Origin: an uncultured Candidatus Rokubacteria bacterium
GTDB taxonomy: Bacteria; Methylomirabilota; Methylomirabilia; Rokubacteriales; DASRDR01
Reading direction: 5' to 3'
Assembly (NCBI GenBank): GCA_963826115.1
Contig: CAWGVS010000005.1
Coordinates: forward strand, 128,001-192,000
Length of the DNA stretch: 64,000 bases
Below, piece by piece: positions 39,372 through 50,998 of this stretch. The position numbers and the translations under genes are program-made. Positions within the stretch are counted from its first letter, which is position 1; the number at the start of each line of letters is the position of its first letter. The notes beneath the pieces are model-generated. The model was given only the letters and a program-made list of their open reading frames with translations. It made no database searches and was not told where the DNA came from.

Positions 39372-40733
39372 ATGGCGAGGCACACCGGGGTCCGGGTCCT
39401 GCGAATGCGTGGCCCGATGATCGGGCTGCTCACGGGGTGCGCCCTCCTGGCGTCCCTCGGAGGAAGCGCGTGGGCGAAGACGCGTCCGGTGCTGATCTTG
39501 CCGTACCAGTCGGGTGAGTCCGACCCCTGGTTCGGGGAGGCCATCGCCGAGACCCTGTACCTGGCCGCCCAGGGGACGCCGGCCCTCCTTCCCATCGAGC
39601 GGGGCCGGGCGATGCAGGCGGCCCGAGCCGCCGGCGGCGAGGCTGCCGCGGACCGGAGCCCGGTCGCGCTCGCGCGCGCGGTCAAGGCCGAGCTCGTCTT
39701 CCTCGGGGACTACCAGCGCACGGCCAGCGACGGGATCACGATCACGCCCCGCCTGCTGGACGTGAACACGGGCCGGACGCAGTCGCTCGACCCGGTCCAG
39801 GGTCCGAGCGACAAGCTCATCGAGACCCAGGCCACGCTGATCCAGGCCTACGCGAAGGCGCTCAACCTCGGCCTGAAGCCCGAGGAGACCGACCGGCTGG
39901 TGGCGGCCGCCAAGCCGACGTCCAGCATGACGGCCTTCGAGGCCTACGCCAAGGGTCGCCGCTCGGCGCTGGCGGGTACCCAGGAGGGGAACGAGGGCGC
40001 CGCGGAGCTCCTGGCGCGGGCGGTCGAGGTCGACCCCACCTTCGCCGTGGCCCACTACCAGCTGGGTGCGGTGCACCTGGTCCTCGGGAACCGCTGGAAG
40101 GCGGCGGCGCAGTTCCGGGCCGCGACCCAGGTGGACGCGGGCATTCCGGAGCCGTTCAAGGCGCTCGGCGACCTCTTCATGTCGAGCCCGCGGCGGCTGT
40201 TCGACCAGGCAATCGAGGCCTACCAGCGGGCGATCACGATCCGGCCGCACTACGCGGACGCCCACGTCGGGATCGGGGACGCCAAGGCCGCGAAGGGCGA
40301 GCACGAGGCCGCCATCGCGCACTACCAGAAGGCCTTGTCGCTCGACCCGCTGAACGCGCGGGTCCAGTTCGCGCTCGGCAAGATCTACTACACCGAGAAG
40401 GGCCTCTACTACGAGGCGGTCAGCGCGTACAAGAAGGCCATCGATCTCGACCAGTCCTTCCTCGAGGCCCGGATGGGCCTCGGCGAGATCTACGAGGAGA
40501 AGGGCCTCTACAAGGACGCCGTCGCCGAGTACAAGAAGGTGATCGAGGTCGAGTCGAAGCACACCGCCGCGCACTACAACCTCGCCATGGCCTACGAGAA
40601 GCTGGACCCCCGCGAGGCCATCGCGCAGTGGGACCGCTACATCGCGATCGCGTCCACCATTGCCACGGAGAAGGAATGGGTGGACGTGGCCCGGCAGCAC
40701 CTCAAGAAGCTGCGCGACAAGTACCCGCAGTGA
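39372..40733 (+). CDS. Secreted TPR-repeat protein with TolB-N/FlgO-like N-terminal domain
   Basis: Signal peptide ending AWA, multiple TPR units (AHYQLG, AHVGIG, VQFALG, ARMGLG, AHYNLA); AAGGAGG RBS. Confidence 0.88.
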   Translation: MARHTGVRVLRMRGPMIGLLTGCALLASLGGSAWAKTRPVLILPYQSGESDPWFGEAIAETLYLAAQGTPALLPIERGRAMQAARAAGGEAAADRSPVALARAVKAELVFLGDYQRTASDGITITPRLLDVNTGRTQSLDPVQGPSDKLIETQATLIQAYAKALNLGLKPEETDRLVAAAKPTSSMTAFEAYAKGRRSALAGTQEGNEGAAELLARAVEVDPTFAVAHYQLGAVHLVLGNRWKAAAQFRAATQVDAGIPEPFKALGDLFMSSPRRLFDQAIEAYQRAITIRPHYADAHVGIGDAKAAKGEHEAAIAHYQKALSLDPLNARVQFALGKIYYTEKGLYYEAVSAYKKAIDLDQSFLEARMGLGEIYEEKGLYKDAVAEYKKVIEVESKHTAAHYNLAMAYEKLDPREAIAQWDRYIAIASTIATEKEWVDVARQHLKKLRDKYPQ

Positions 40734-40776
40734 GCCCCCGGGCGGGGGCCCGGCCCTCGCCCTGACGGAGCCGACG

Positions 40777-40805
40777 GCCGGCCGGCGGGGTCCCCGCCGG
40801 CCGGC
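40777..40805. terminator. Hairpin between convergent genes
   Basis: 13-bp perfect inverted repeat GCCGGCCGGCGGG-gtc-CCCGCCGGCCGGC. Confidence 0.5.
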
Positions 40806-40849
40806 GGCGCGTCCGGGCTCCGGCCGCCCGCTCCGTCTCGGCCCGGGGC

Positions 40850-43800
40850 TCAGCCCGACTTCACCGGCGCCTGCGCGACGAGGAACTCCACGGCGCGGTC
40901 GAGCTCGCGATCGAGGCGCATCCCCAGGTCGGCGATCCGGTCGGCGTCCCCGCTCGGGCTGAGGGCCTCGAGCTCGCCGGACAGCGCCTGGGCCGCCGTC
41001 GCGCCCACCGACGCGGCCGCGCCCCGGAGCGCGTGGGCGACGCGGCCGACCCGCGCCCCGTCCCGGGCGTCGAGGGCCTCGCGGAGCTCGGCGCGCCGGC
41101 GCCCGCAGCTCTCGACGAACAGGGCGGCGATCTCGGCCCTGAGCGCCTCGTCGCCCGCGGCCAGCCGGCGCGCGACCTCGAGGTCCACCGGCGCCGGCCC
41201 GGCCGCCTCGCGCGCGGGCAGGGGCTCCCGGTCGACGTGGCCGTCGATGGTGGCCGCCAGCGCGGCCGGCTGGATCGGCTTCGTGACGTAGTCGTCCATC
41301 CCGGCCGCGCGCGCCCGCGCCTCGTCGCCCGGCATCGCGTGCGCGGTCACCGCGACGACCGGGAGCCTCCCGCCGGCGGCGAACGACGAGCCCGGCGGCG
41401 GCGTCCAGCTCCCCGCCGCTCGCCGGGCCTCGCGGTCCCGGATCGCGCCCACGGCGGCGAGGCCATCCATGTCGGGCATCTGAAGATCCATCAGCACGAG
41501 GTCGAAGCGCTCGCGCTCCAGGGCCTCGAGGGCCGCGCGGCCCGTCTCGACGACGACTGCCTCGTGCCCCTGCCGCTCCACCAGGCGCGCGGCCAGGCGC
41601 TGGTTCACCGGGTTGTCCTCGACCACGAGGATGCGGAGCCGCTGCCGCCGCTCGCGCAGCGCGTGGCGCGTGACCAGGGCTGGCGGCGCTCCCGGGGTGG
41701 GCCGGACGCCGATCGCGGCGAGGACCGTGTCGAGCAGCTCGTCGCGCGCGATCGGCTTCGTGAGATACCCGCGGATGCCGAGGGCCCGGCAGCGGGCGCC
41801 GTCGCCGGGCCGCCCGGCGGCGGAGAGCACGATCAGCGCCGTGGCGTCGTTGGCGGGGTCGGCCTTGATCCGCTCGCAGAGCGCGAAGCCGTCGAGGAGG
41901 GGGGCTTCGGCCTCGGTCAGGACGAGGGCGAAGGCGGCGCCCTCCGACCGGGCGCGGGCGACGGCGGCGAGCCCCGCGTCGGCGTCCGCCGCCTCGGTCA
42001 CCCGGAAGCCCCACTGGCCGAGCATGTCGGCGACGATGCGCCGGTTGATCGCGTGGCTGTCGACCACCAGGGCCGCCTTCCCTCGCAGCGCCTCCACGGG
42101 CAGCGCCGCCGGCGCGGCGCCCGGACGCCCGAGCCCGAACCGCGCGGTGAAGTGGAAGGTGCTGCCCGCGCCGACCGGCGCTCTCGACCCAGATCCGGCC
42201 CTGCATCATCTCGACCAGCCGCCGGGTGATCGCGAGCCCGAGCCCGGTGCCGCCGTAGCGGCGCGTCGTCGAGCTGTCAGCCTGCTCGAAAGCCTCGAAC
42301 ACCAGCGCCTGCTTGTCGGCCGGGATCCCGATCCCGGTGTCCGCGACCGTGAAGTGCAGCGTGACCGCGTCGGCCGTCTCGGACGCCACCGTCACGCGGA
42401 CGACGACGGAGCCCCGCTCGGTGAACTTGAGGGCGTTGCCCACCAGGTTCAGGACGACCTGCCGGAGGCGACCCGGGTCGCCGACGAGCGCATCGGGCGC
42501 TTCCGACGCGACGTCCGCGGCGAGCTCCAGCCCCTTCTGGTGGGCGCGGAGCGCAAGCGGCTTGAGCGCGTGGCCGAGGATCGACCGCAGGGAGAAGTCG
42601 GCCGCGTCGAGCTCGAGCTTGCCCGCCTCCCCCTTGGAGAAGTCGAGGATGTCGTTGATGAGGTCGAGGAGCGCGTCGGCCGCCGTCTTGACCATCTGGA
42701 GGTACTCGCGTTGCTCGTCGCCGAGGTCGCTGTCGAGGAGGAGATCCGTCATGCCCATGATGCCGTTCATCGGTGTCCGGATCTCGTGGCTCATGTTCGC
42801 CAGGAACTCGCTCTTGGCCCGGCTGGCCGCCTCCGCGGTTTCCTTGGCGGCCCGGAGCTCCGCGGCGGCCCGCGCGTTCTCGAGCGCGAGGGCCGCTTGG
42901 TCCGCGAACGCCTGTGCGAGGCGGATCTCGTCGGCCTGGAAGCTCTGGCCCGCGGGGCGTCCCACGGAGAGCGCGCCGATCGCCTGGTCGCGGAACATGA
43001 TCGGGACGGCGAGCACGGCGCGGAACGGCAGCGGGGCGATGCGCGCCCGGACCTCGGCGGTCAGAGGCGTCCGCGGGTCGGCCAGGACGTCCTCCGCGGT
43101 CACCGGGCGGCGGTCCCGCACCGCGACGCCCGACGCGCCGGTGCCGGCCGGGACCCGTACGCCCTCGTGCCAGTCCGGGCCTGCGTCTCCCGACACGGCG
43201 AGGGCGACGAGGTCGCCCGTCGCGTCCACGCGGTAGAGGGACGCGACGCCGGCGTCGAGGAGGCCGCGGATGGTCGAGACGATCCGCTCCGCGACCTCGC
43301 CGGGGTCGAGGGACTGCGAGATGATCCGGCCGACCTCCGCGAAGCTCTCGGCGGCCCGCCGCCGGCGCTCGGCTTCCGCGAAGAGCCGGGCGTTCTCCAT
43401 CGCGATGCCGGCCTGCTCGGCCAGGTTGGTGGCGAGCGCGAGCGCGTCCTGGCCGAATCGATGGCCGCGCTCGCGGTAGACGTTGAGCGTCCCGAGGATG
43501 CGCGCCCCCACGCGGACCGGGACGGACATCTGAGCGCCGATCCGGTCGGCCCGCTGCCGCGCCCGATGCTCGGGCGAGAGGCGGGGATCCGAGGCGCTGT
43601 CCGCAGTGACGATCGGCTCCCCGGTCACGGCGACCTGGCCGCTGATCGACTCTCCCAGCCGGAGCCGCTTGCCGGTCAGGAGGTCCCGGGCTCCCGGCGT
43701 CACGGCCGCCCGCACGAGGAACTCGCCCTCGATCAGCCGGAACGCCGCCTCGCCGTGGAACAGTTCCGCGGCGGCCCGGGCGATGCCCTTGAGGACGGCG

Positions 43801-45989
43801 CGGAGGTCCAGGCCCCGCGTGATGCGCTGGGTGACGGCGACGAGCGCGCTGAGGTCCCGGCGGCGCGCCTCCGACTCCCGGAACAGCCGTGCCCGCTCGA
43901 TGGCGATGGCGGCGTGCGCGGCGAGGATGGAGAAGAGCTCGACCTCGGCCGGCGTGAAGCCATGCGGCGCGAGGTAGTGGCAGATCAGCACGCCGTGGAC
44001 CGCATCGCCGCTGGCCACCGGGACCGCGAGGAAGGCGCGCGGCGCCTTGGCGCGCACCAGCGCCTCGGTCGCCGGCGTGTACGCGAGGGTGGGGTCGGTC
44101 TCGCGGTCCCGCGTCCACACCGGGCGGCGCTCGACGAAGGCTCGACCGACGGCGCCCTCGCCCGGTTGCAGCACGAGGTCGCGACCGAACTCGGGGTCCA
44201 GATTGAGCCCCCGCAGGAGGACCAGCCCGCCTCGCGCCTCGTCGTGGGCGTAGATGCCCGAGGCGTCGCAGCCGAGGAGGTCCACCGTGGTGGCGACCAC
44301 CCGGTCCAGCACGAGGTCGAGGTCGAGCGACGACGCCAGCTGGCCCGCGACCTCGTAGAGCTTCGTGGCCTGCCTCGCCTGGCGCTCGGTCGCCGCATGG
44401 AGCCGGGCGCTCCGCAAGAGCATGCCGGCCTGGTGCCCGACCGCGTGGAGAACTGCGACCTCCGCCTCGTCGAACCGGCGCCGCTCTTGCCACCAGACGA
44501 GGTAGAGCGTGCCGGCCACCTGACCGTCGAGGACGAGCGGGATGATGAGCCCGGACTGGTGGGGGAACGAGCGGAAGAGCGGGAAGGTGAAGCGGGGATC
44601 GTGCGTGACGTCGTCGCTCCAGGCGATGCGCCCCTGCTCGAACACGGTTTCCCGGAACCCCTGCTGGGCCAGCGGCACCGGGCTCGCCGCGACCACTCCG
44701 AGAAGGTGCTTCGGCACGCGATAGGCCGCGACCGGATCGAGCCGCGTGCGCTCGGCGTCCACCAGGTGCGCGGCCACCGTGCCGGCTCCGGTGAGCCGGG
44801 CGAGCTCCCGGCAGATGAGTCGCAGGGCCTCGGACAGGTCCAGGGTGCCGCCGATGACCCGGGCGATCTTGAGCAGCGCCGCCGTCTCCCCGAGCCGCGC
44901 CTCGAGCGAGGCCTGCGCGGTCGCGAGCCGCTCCAGCATGCCGTCGAAGGCGCGGGCCAGTCCGGCGACCTCGGCCGGTCCGCCGGACGAGACCGACCGG
45001 GTCGCGTCGCCCGCCGCGATGGCGCCCGCGGTGTCGCGGAGCGCGGTGATGGGGCGGGACACGTACGTGGCCACCACGATGGCGAGCGCCACCGTGGCCA
45101 GCAGAGCGAGGAGCATCCAGTAGAGCAGACGACGGTAGGGCGCCCGGAGGTCCGCCTCGACCTCGGCGCGGTCCTGACTCACCCAGATCTTCCACCCGAC
45201 GTCGGGCACCGTCGCGAATCCGGCGAGGCGCTGGTCACCGCGGATGCCGGCGTACCGCGCGACCCGGCCCGAGGCCCTGGCCGCGACGAAGGGCCAGACC
45301 GGGCGCTCGGAGAAATCTCGGCGCTCGCGGATGTCCACCGGATACTCGTCGGCGAGGACCTTGCCCGCGGCCGTCGCCATCTGCGCGTACCCCGTCTGGC
45401 CGAATCGGATCCGGCCGGTGACCACCTGAAGGGCGCTCAACCGTAGCCACGCGGCGACCACGCCCCGCACGCCACCGGATCCGTCGCTGATCGCCGCGGC
45501 GACGGGGAGGCCGCTGCCGCTCGTCCGGACCGGATCGACCTCGACGTCCGGCCCGACGACCGTCCGGCGACTCGGCAACGACTCGCGGAACCAGGGCCGG
45601 CCGGACAGGTCGATGCCCGGCCCGCCGCCGCTCACGGTCGCCGGCGGATCCGACGCCACGACGCGGCCGGCAGCGTCGACGATCGCGACCGCGTCGAACG
45701 CGGGGTAGACGGCGCGCGTGCGCGCGAGGAGCGGTGCGGCGCCGCTCAGACTGCGCGTTTCATCGAGGTGCAGGGCCAGCATCTGGATGGCGTGCCGGTG
45801 CGAGCCGAGGAGCTGCTCGTGCTCCGACGCCAGCCCCTGCGCCAGGAGCTCGTAGCGGGCGGTCGCCTCGTCGATGGCGGAGTCGCGTAGCGAGCCGACC
45901 AGCACGATGCCGACCAGCGCGGCGGGAACTGCGGCGGCGAGGACCGCGCCGCCGACCAGGATCGTCCTCAGGCTCAGACGTTGCAGCAT
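40850..45989 (-). CDS. Hybrid histidine kinase Cache-HAMP-4xGAF-HisKA-HATPase-REC-REC-Hpt; one frameshift at ~42177
   Basis: [33 protein letters not shown]; after IWVES a 1-nt shift restores [12 protein letters not shown] and joins ORF 40850..42097 (two REC domains, AHALRGAA Hpt). Confidence 0.9.
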
Positions 45990-46269
45990 CGAGACTCCGC
46001 TGTGAGTCTACCGCCCCGGCCGACCGAGGGCGCCGCAACGGGTCCGCCCGACGCCCATGAGACGCATTTGTACCCATTTTCGCCCCGGCAGCCCGTCTTG
46101 CGCGTATCCCGTCGGATACGGCAGAGGCCCCGAGACCCTGAAGAACGCAGTGAAATCGTGACTTGTGGGGCGGCCAGGCTGTAGCATCGGGCGAAGGCGT
46201 TCCGCCTTCGAATCGTGCATTTTCTGCGATCGGTGAGCGAGCACCGTCTCGCGCGACGAGGAGCGTTCG

Positions 46270-48045
46270 GTGGGTGACGCGACGATGAGGGTGGCGCCGG
46301 ACCTGAAGACTCGGGGCAACGGGGAGTCGGGCCGGCCGGCGCCGGACCTCCGGGCCGCCGAGTACCTCGTGGAGGCCCTCGCGGACGCCGGCGTCCGTCA
46401 CGTCTTCGGCGTGATCGGCGGAACCGTCTTCCCGTTCTTCACCGCCACCGTCGGGCGGGCGGCCCAGATCGTGATGACGAAGCACGAGGCCGGCGCCGCC
46501 TTCATGGCCGACGGGTACGCGCGGGCGAGCGGCGGTCTGGGGGCGTGCGTCTCGACGTCGGGCCCCGGCGCGACGAACCTGATCACCGGCGTCGCCGCCG
46601 CCTACGCCGACTCGATCCCGATCGTCGTGCTCACCGGACAGGTGGCGACGAAGTCCTTCGGGCGAGGCGCGATGCAGGAGTCCAGCACCGAGGGCGTCGA
46701 CATCGTCGACGTCTTCAAGCAGGTGACGCGCTACAGCAACCTCGTCTTCCGCGCCGATCGGCTTCCCATGGTCTGGCAGAAAGCGCTGCGCATGGCGCTG
46801 GGCGGCCGTCCGGGGCCCGTACATCTCAGCCTGCCGGCCGACGTGCAGGAGCAGTCGATACAGCGGCCGGTGAAGATGCCTTTACCCGGCCACCCGAGCC
46901 GGACCTACGATCGCGCGGCGATCAAGCAGGCGGCGCTGCACCTCCTCCGCGCCCGCCGGCCGGCGATCCTCGCCGGCCACGGCACCATCCTGTCGAACGC
47001 CTCCGACGAGGTCCGCGCCATCGCCGAGATGCTGGAGATCCCCGTCGCGACCACGCCGAAGGGGAAGGGGGCCTTCCCTGAGGACCACCGGCTCTCGGTG
47101 GGGCCATTCGGCTATTCGGGCTCGCCGCTGGCGCAGTGGCACCTCCTCGAGAGCGGGGTCGACGTCCTGCTCGCGGTGGGCACGAGCCTCAGCGAGTGGG
47201 GCACGCTCGGGTGGGACCACCGGCTCCAGCCGAGCGAGGCCCTGCTGCATGTCGACATCGACCCGTACGAGATCGGCAAGAACTATCCCGTGACGGTTCC
47301 GGTTATCGGGGACGCGAAGTCCGGATTGACGGAGCTTGCGTACGAGATTCGCCGCCAGCAGCAGCGGTACCTGCACTGGCGGCGCGGGAACGGCAAGCTC
47401 GAGCCGCCGCCAGACCGTCCCCGCTTCCTGAACGCGGCGACGATGGACTCCAACGCGGTGCCGATCAAGCCACAGCGCCTGATCCGGGACCTCCAGGATT
47501 CGCTGCCCCGGGACGCCCTCGTGTTCATCGACGGCGGCGCGAATCGCTCGTGGGCGATCCACTACTGGCAGAGCCTCTATCCCCGGACCTTCTTCTGCGC
47601 GACCGGCATGGCGTCGATGGGTTTTGGCGTGGCAGGGGCGATCGGCGGGAAGTTCGCGCTGCCAGAGCGGGTCGTCGTCTCGATCACTGGTGACGGCGGC
47701 TTCCTGATGAACGGAATGGAGGTATCGACGGCCGTCCACTACGGCAAGCAGGTGATCTGGGTCGTCCTGAACGACGCCGGCTACGGCATGGCGTACCATG
47801 CGCTTCGGATGATGAAGCTACCCGACGTGGCGACGCGCTACCCGCGCGTCGACTGCGCCCGGGTCGCGGAAGGCCTCGGAGCGCAGGCGTACCGCATTCG
47901 CGAACCTGGGCAGATCAACCGAGAACTCATCCAGAAGATCCTTGCCAGTGGCCGACCGACCGTCCTGGACGTCGAGATCGACCCGGACGAAGTGGCTCCC
48001 TTCGGCGGCCGGCTCGAGACCCTGGGCGAGTATTTCGGCAGCTGA
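46270..48045 (+). CDS. Thiamine pyrophosphate-binding enzyme (acetolactate synthase large subunit-like)
   Basis: KHEAGAAFMADGYAR, TSGPGATN, GDGGFLM...LND TPP motif; GAGGAG RBS. Confidence 0.92.
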   Translation: MGDATMRVAPDLKTRGNGESGRPAPDLRAAEYLVEALADAGVRHVFGVIGGTVFPFFTATVGRAAQIVMTKHEAGAAFMADGYARASGGLGACVSTSGPGATNLITGVAAAYADSIPIVVLTGQVATKSFGRGAMQESSTEGVDIVDVFKQVTRYSNLVFRADRLPMVWQKALRMALGGRPGPVHLSLPADVQEQSIQRPVKMPLPGHPSRTYDRAAIKQAALHLLRARRPAILAGHGTILSNASDEVRAIAEMLEIPVATTPKGKGAFPEDHRLSVGPFGYSGSPLAQWHLLESGVDVLLAVGTSLSEWGTLGWDHRLQPSEALLHVDIDPYEIGKNYPVTVPVIGDAKSGLTELAYEIRRQQQRYLHWRRGNGKLEPPPDRPRFLNAATMDSNAVPIKPQRLIRDLQDSLPRDALVFIDGGANRSWAIHYWQSLYPRTFFCATGMASMGFGVAGAIGGKFALPERVVVSITGDGGFLMNGMEVSTAVHYGKQVIWVVLNDAGYGMAYHALRMMKLPDVATRYPRVDCARVAEGLGAQAYRIREPGQINRELIQKILASGRPTVLDVEIDPDEVAPFGGRLETLGEYFGS

Positions 48046-48123
48046 GTCGCGGCCGCCGCCGTCCGTCTGTCTGGTCGCGGCGGTCCGGCCCGCGCCGCCG
48101 GGGAGGCGGCTTCGTCGCGTGGG

Positions 48124-49329
48124 TCAGTGGCGCGCTGGTTCTTCGCGGCCGAGCCGGCGGAGGCCCCCCAGCGCGACGAGCGGCAGCGCGGCGACCGTCA
48201 GGAACATGACCTCGAAGCCCACGGCCTCGGCCACCTGGCCCGCCAGCATTGCTCCTCCGCCCACCCCCAACTCCCAGCACGCCGCAAATCCGGCCACACC
48301 GCTGGCTCGGCGCTCGGCGGGAGAACGGTCGACCACCGAGCTGAGGAGGATCGTGTGGGTGCCGCCGATGCCGAGCCCCGCGAGGACCGCGGCCGCCAGG
48401 AAGAGCCCGGCACCGTGCGCGATCGCGAGGAGGCCCATCCCCGTCGCGAGCGCGAGGAACACCGGGATGGTCGCCATCGTGGTACCCCAGGTGTCGTAGG
48501 CGCGACCGGCGGCCAGGCGAACGCCGAGGCTGCTCAGCGCCAAGAGCGCGAAGAACGTCCCCACGACCTCGAATCCCCGGTCGCGAGCGGCCACCGCGAT
48601 GAACGAGATGATCGTGCCGTAGGCGACGCTGGCCGCGAACTGGACGGCTGCCGGCAGCGCGACGACGCGCCACAGGGCGGGGCGCCCGGCGCGCGCCTCC
48701 CCTGTTCCCCGCGCGCCCGGGGGACGCTCCCGCGGGAGCGCGGACGCGCAGACGAGAGCCACGAGGGCGCTGCACGCCGAGGCCACGAACACGCCGTGGT
48801 AGCTGGTGGCCTCGAGGATCGCGCGGCCCGCGCCGGGGCCGATGGCCAGCGCCGCCGCCTGGGCGAGGCCGAAGACGCCCATCGTCGTGCCGCGCCGCCC
48901 CGGCGGCGCGAGATCGGCGGCCAGCGAGGCGGCGGCGGTGCTGAACGTCGCCAGCCCGATTCCGTGGAAGACCCGCCAGACAAGGAGCCCGGTCACCGAC
49001 GGGATCACCCAGTACCCGAAGGAGGCCAGCGCGTAGATCGCCGCACCCGCAAGCAGGAACCCGCGCCGTCCCGTGCGGTCCATCCAGGGCCCCACGAGAG
49101 GCCGCGCCGCCAGCGAGGTCAGGGCCAGGATCCCGATGATGAGCCCGATCTCCGATGTCGAGCCGCCGAGTTGGCGGAGGTAGAGGGGGAGGGTCGACAG
49201 GAGAAAGTAGAGCGACGCGAAGTGGAAGAAGGTTGCCGCAACGACGTAGGCGAGGGCTCTCGAGGGCGGGGCAGCCCCCCCGGGTCCGGGATCCCGCCAC
49301 CCCCCGCCGGTGCCGGAGTTGGCCGTCAA
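48124..49329 (-). CDS. MFS transporter (start uncertain)
   Basis: About 12 TM segments, motif A GPWMDRTGRR. Confidence 0.9.
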   Translation of the reverse strand: MTANSGTGGGWRDPGPGGAAPPSRALAYVVAATFFHFASLYFLLSTLPLYLRQLGGSTSEIGLIIGILALTSLAARPLVGPWMDRTGRRGFLLAGAAIYALASFGYWVIPSVTGLLVWRVFHGIGLATFSTAAASLAADLAPPGRRGTTMGVFGLAQAAALAIGPGAGRAILEATSYHGVFVASACSALVALVCASALPRERPPGARGTGEARAGRPALWRVVALPAAVQFAASVAYGTIISFIAVAARDRGFEVVGTFFALLALSSLGVRLAAGRAYDTWGTTMATIPVFLALATGMGLLAIAHGAGLFLAAAVLAGLGIGGTHTILLSSVVDRSPAERRASGVAGFAACWELGVGGGAMLAGQVAEAVGFEVMFLTVAALPLVALGGLRRLGREEPARH

Positions 49330-49401
49330 ACCGGCTCAGGACCGCGTCGATTGTGGAGAATTGCCCGACGGCCTCCCCGGCGGAAATGCCCCGTGGTTAC
49401 G

Positions 49402-49417
49402 TGGCATATCCATTGCA
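49402..49417 (+). promoter_or_regulatory. sigma54 (-24/-12) promoter
   Basis: TGGCATATCCATTGCA = GG-N10-GC with TTGCA, ~63 nt before ATG 49481. Confidence 0.7.
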
Positions 49418-49480
49418 AATTCGTCGAGCCCGGAAGTAGTGGACTCGGGGCCCGCTCTGCGGGCGAGGAGGAATTACCAT

Positions 49481-50998
49481 ATGACACCGCGACTTCGGAC
49501 ACGGGTCATCGGTCTCGCGCTGGCCGCGATCCTCCTGCCAATATCGGCGCTGGCAGCCGCCAAGGGTGTCGGCGATGCGCAGGAGCTGGTCGTGGCGGAG
49601 GCCACGGCCCCGCCGGCAGTGCTCGATCCCTTTAAGGTGTACGGCACCCAGGCGCAGAGCCTCTTCCGCCTCGTCTTCGAGCCGCTCTTCGACCGGGATC
49701 CAGACGGCAGGATCCGCACTCCGCTGCTCGAGCGCTGGGGTCCCGTGGACCGCCTGACCTGGGAGTTCCGGCTGCGCCCGGGCACCCGCTTCCACGACGG
49801 CGTGGAGCTGACCGCGGCGGACGTGGTCTTCTCGCTCAACCGCATCCTCGATCCCCAGGTCAACTCTCCTCGCCGGACCGAGTTCAGCGACATCGAGTCC
49901 ATCGTCGCGGTCGACCCCTTGACGGTCCGCATCACCCTGAAGCGGCCGTACGCGCTGCTCCCGGCCAGGCTCTCGCAGTTCAGCATGATCCTACCCGATC
50001 AGCTGCGGGGACGCCCCGAGGCGGAGTTCTTCCGGGAGCCGATCGGTCTCGGGCCCTTCCGGCTCAGCGAGCTGAATGACAAGCAGGCGGTTCTCGTCGC
50101 GTTCACTGACTATCACGGCGGCGCGCCCCGGGTCCCGCGGGTCGTCTTCCAGTTCATCGCGGAGCCCGAGCAGCGCCTGCGCCAGCTGCTCGCGGGCGAG
50201 GTGGACATCGTCACGAACCTCCTGCCGCAGCAGGTCGACTCCCTGCTCCGCGCGAAGGGCGTGCGGCTGCTGAAGCGGAACTCGGTCCGGTTCATGGACG
50301 TGTTCATCGACTCGCGCAACGGCCCCCTGGCCCGGGTCGAGGTCCGCCGCGCGATCCTCCACGGGACGGACGTCGAGGGGCTGGTGCGGTACATCGCCCG
50401 GGGGAACGGCCGGGCCATCGCGACGGTGACGCTGCCCGAGGATTTCGGCTTCAACGCGGCCCTCAAGCCGTACGCGTTCGATCCGGCCAAGGCCAGGGCC
50501 CTCCTGACCGAGGCCGGCTATCCGGACGGGGTGCGGCTCAAGGGGCTGGCCACGCACGACACTCAGGTCCTGGCCACGGCCCTCGCTCAGCAGTGGGCGA
50601 AGATCGGTGTGAAGCTCGACGTCACCGTGGAGGGCCGCGCGCCCACGATGTCCCGCTGGATCAAGGAGCGGGACCGGCACAACTTCCTGGTCCTGGATCC
50701 CACGAGCATCATCTTCGACGCGGCCTTCCAGCTGCGCGTGCACCTGGACCCCGCCCATCCGATGGGGCGCGTCTCGCACCCACGGGTGCTCGATCTTCTG
50801 AACCGGGCCGATTCCGAACAGGATCCGGAGGTCCGAGCCGCAGTGCTCCGCGAGGTGCAGGCGATCGCGTACGAGCAGGCGCTCACGATCCCGATCTACC
50901 AGGTGGTCGATCTCTACGGTGTGCGGGACCACGTGATCGACTTCGAGCCGTCCGCCGACACGATCCTGCGTCTCGGGGGAGTCGGATTGCAGCGATGA
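49481..50998 (+). CDS. ABC substrate-binding protein, family 5 (peptide/nickel type)
   Basis: Signal peptide, WEFRLRPGTRFHDG..LTAADVVFS, PIGLGPF, FDPAKARALL; GAGGAGG RBS. Confidence 0.92.
   Translation: MTPRLRTRVIGLALAAILLPISALAAAKGVGDAQELVVAEATAPPAVLDPFKVYGTQAQSLFRLVFEPLFDRDPDGRIRTPLLERWGPVDRLTWEFRLRPGTRFHDGVELTAADVVFSLNRILDPQVNSPRRTEFSDIESIVAVDPLTVRITLKRPYALLPARLSQFSMILPDQLRGRPEAEFFREPIGLGPFRLSELNDKQAVLVAFTDYHGGAPRVPRVVFQFIAEPEQRLRQLLAGEVDIVTNLLPQQVDSLLRAKGVRLLKRNSVRFMDVFIDSRNGPLARVEVRRAILHGTDVEGLVRYIARGNGRAIATVTLPEDFGFNAALKPYAFDPAKARALLTEAGYPDGVRLKGLATHDTQVLATALAQQWAKIGVKLDVTVEGRAPTMSRWIKERDRHNFLVLDPTSIIFDAAFQLRVHLDPAHPMGRVSHPRVLDLLNRADSEQDPEVRAAVLREVQAIAYEQALTIPIYQVVDLYGVRDHVIDFEPSADTILRLGGVGLQR

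Noticed and set aside
39117-45989. 2290-aa kinase overlapping the TPR gene
   Set aside because: Sequence after IWVES is out-of-frame; the true C-terminus is in the frame ending at 40850
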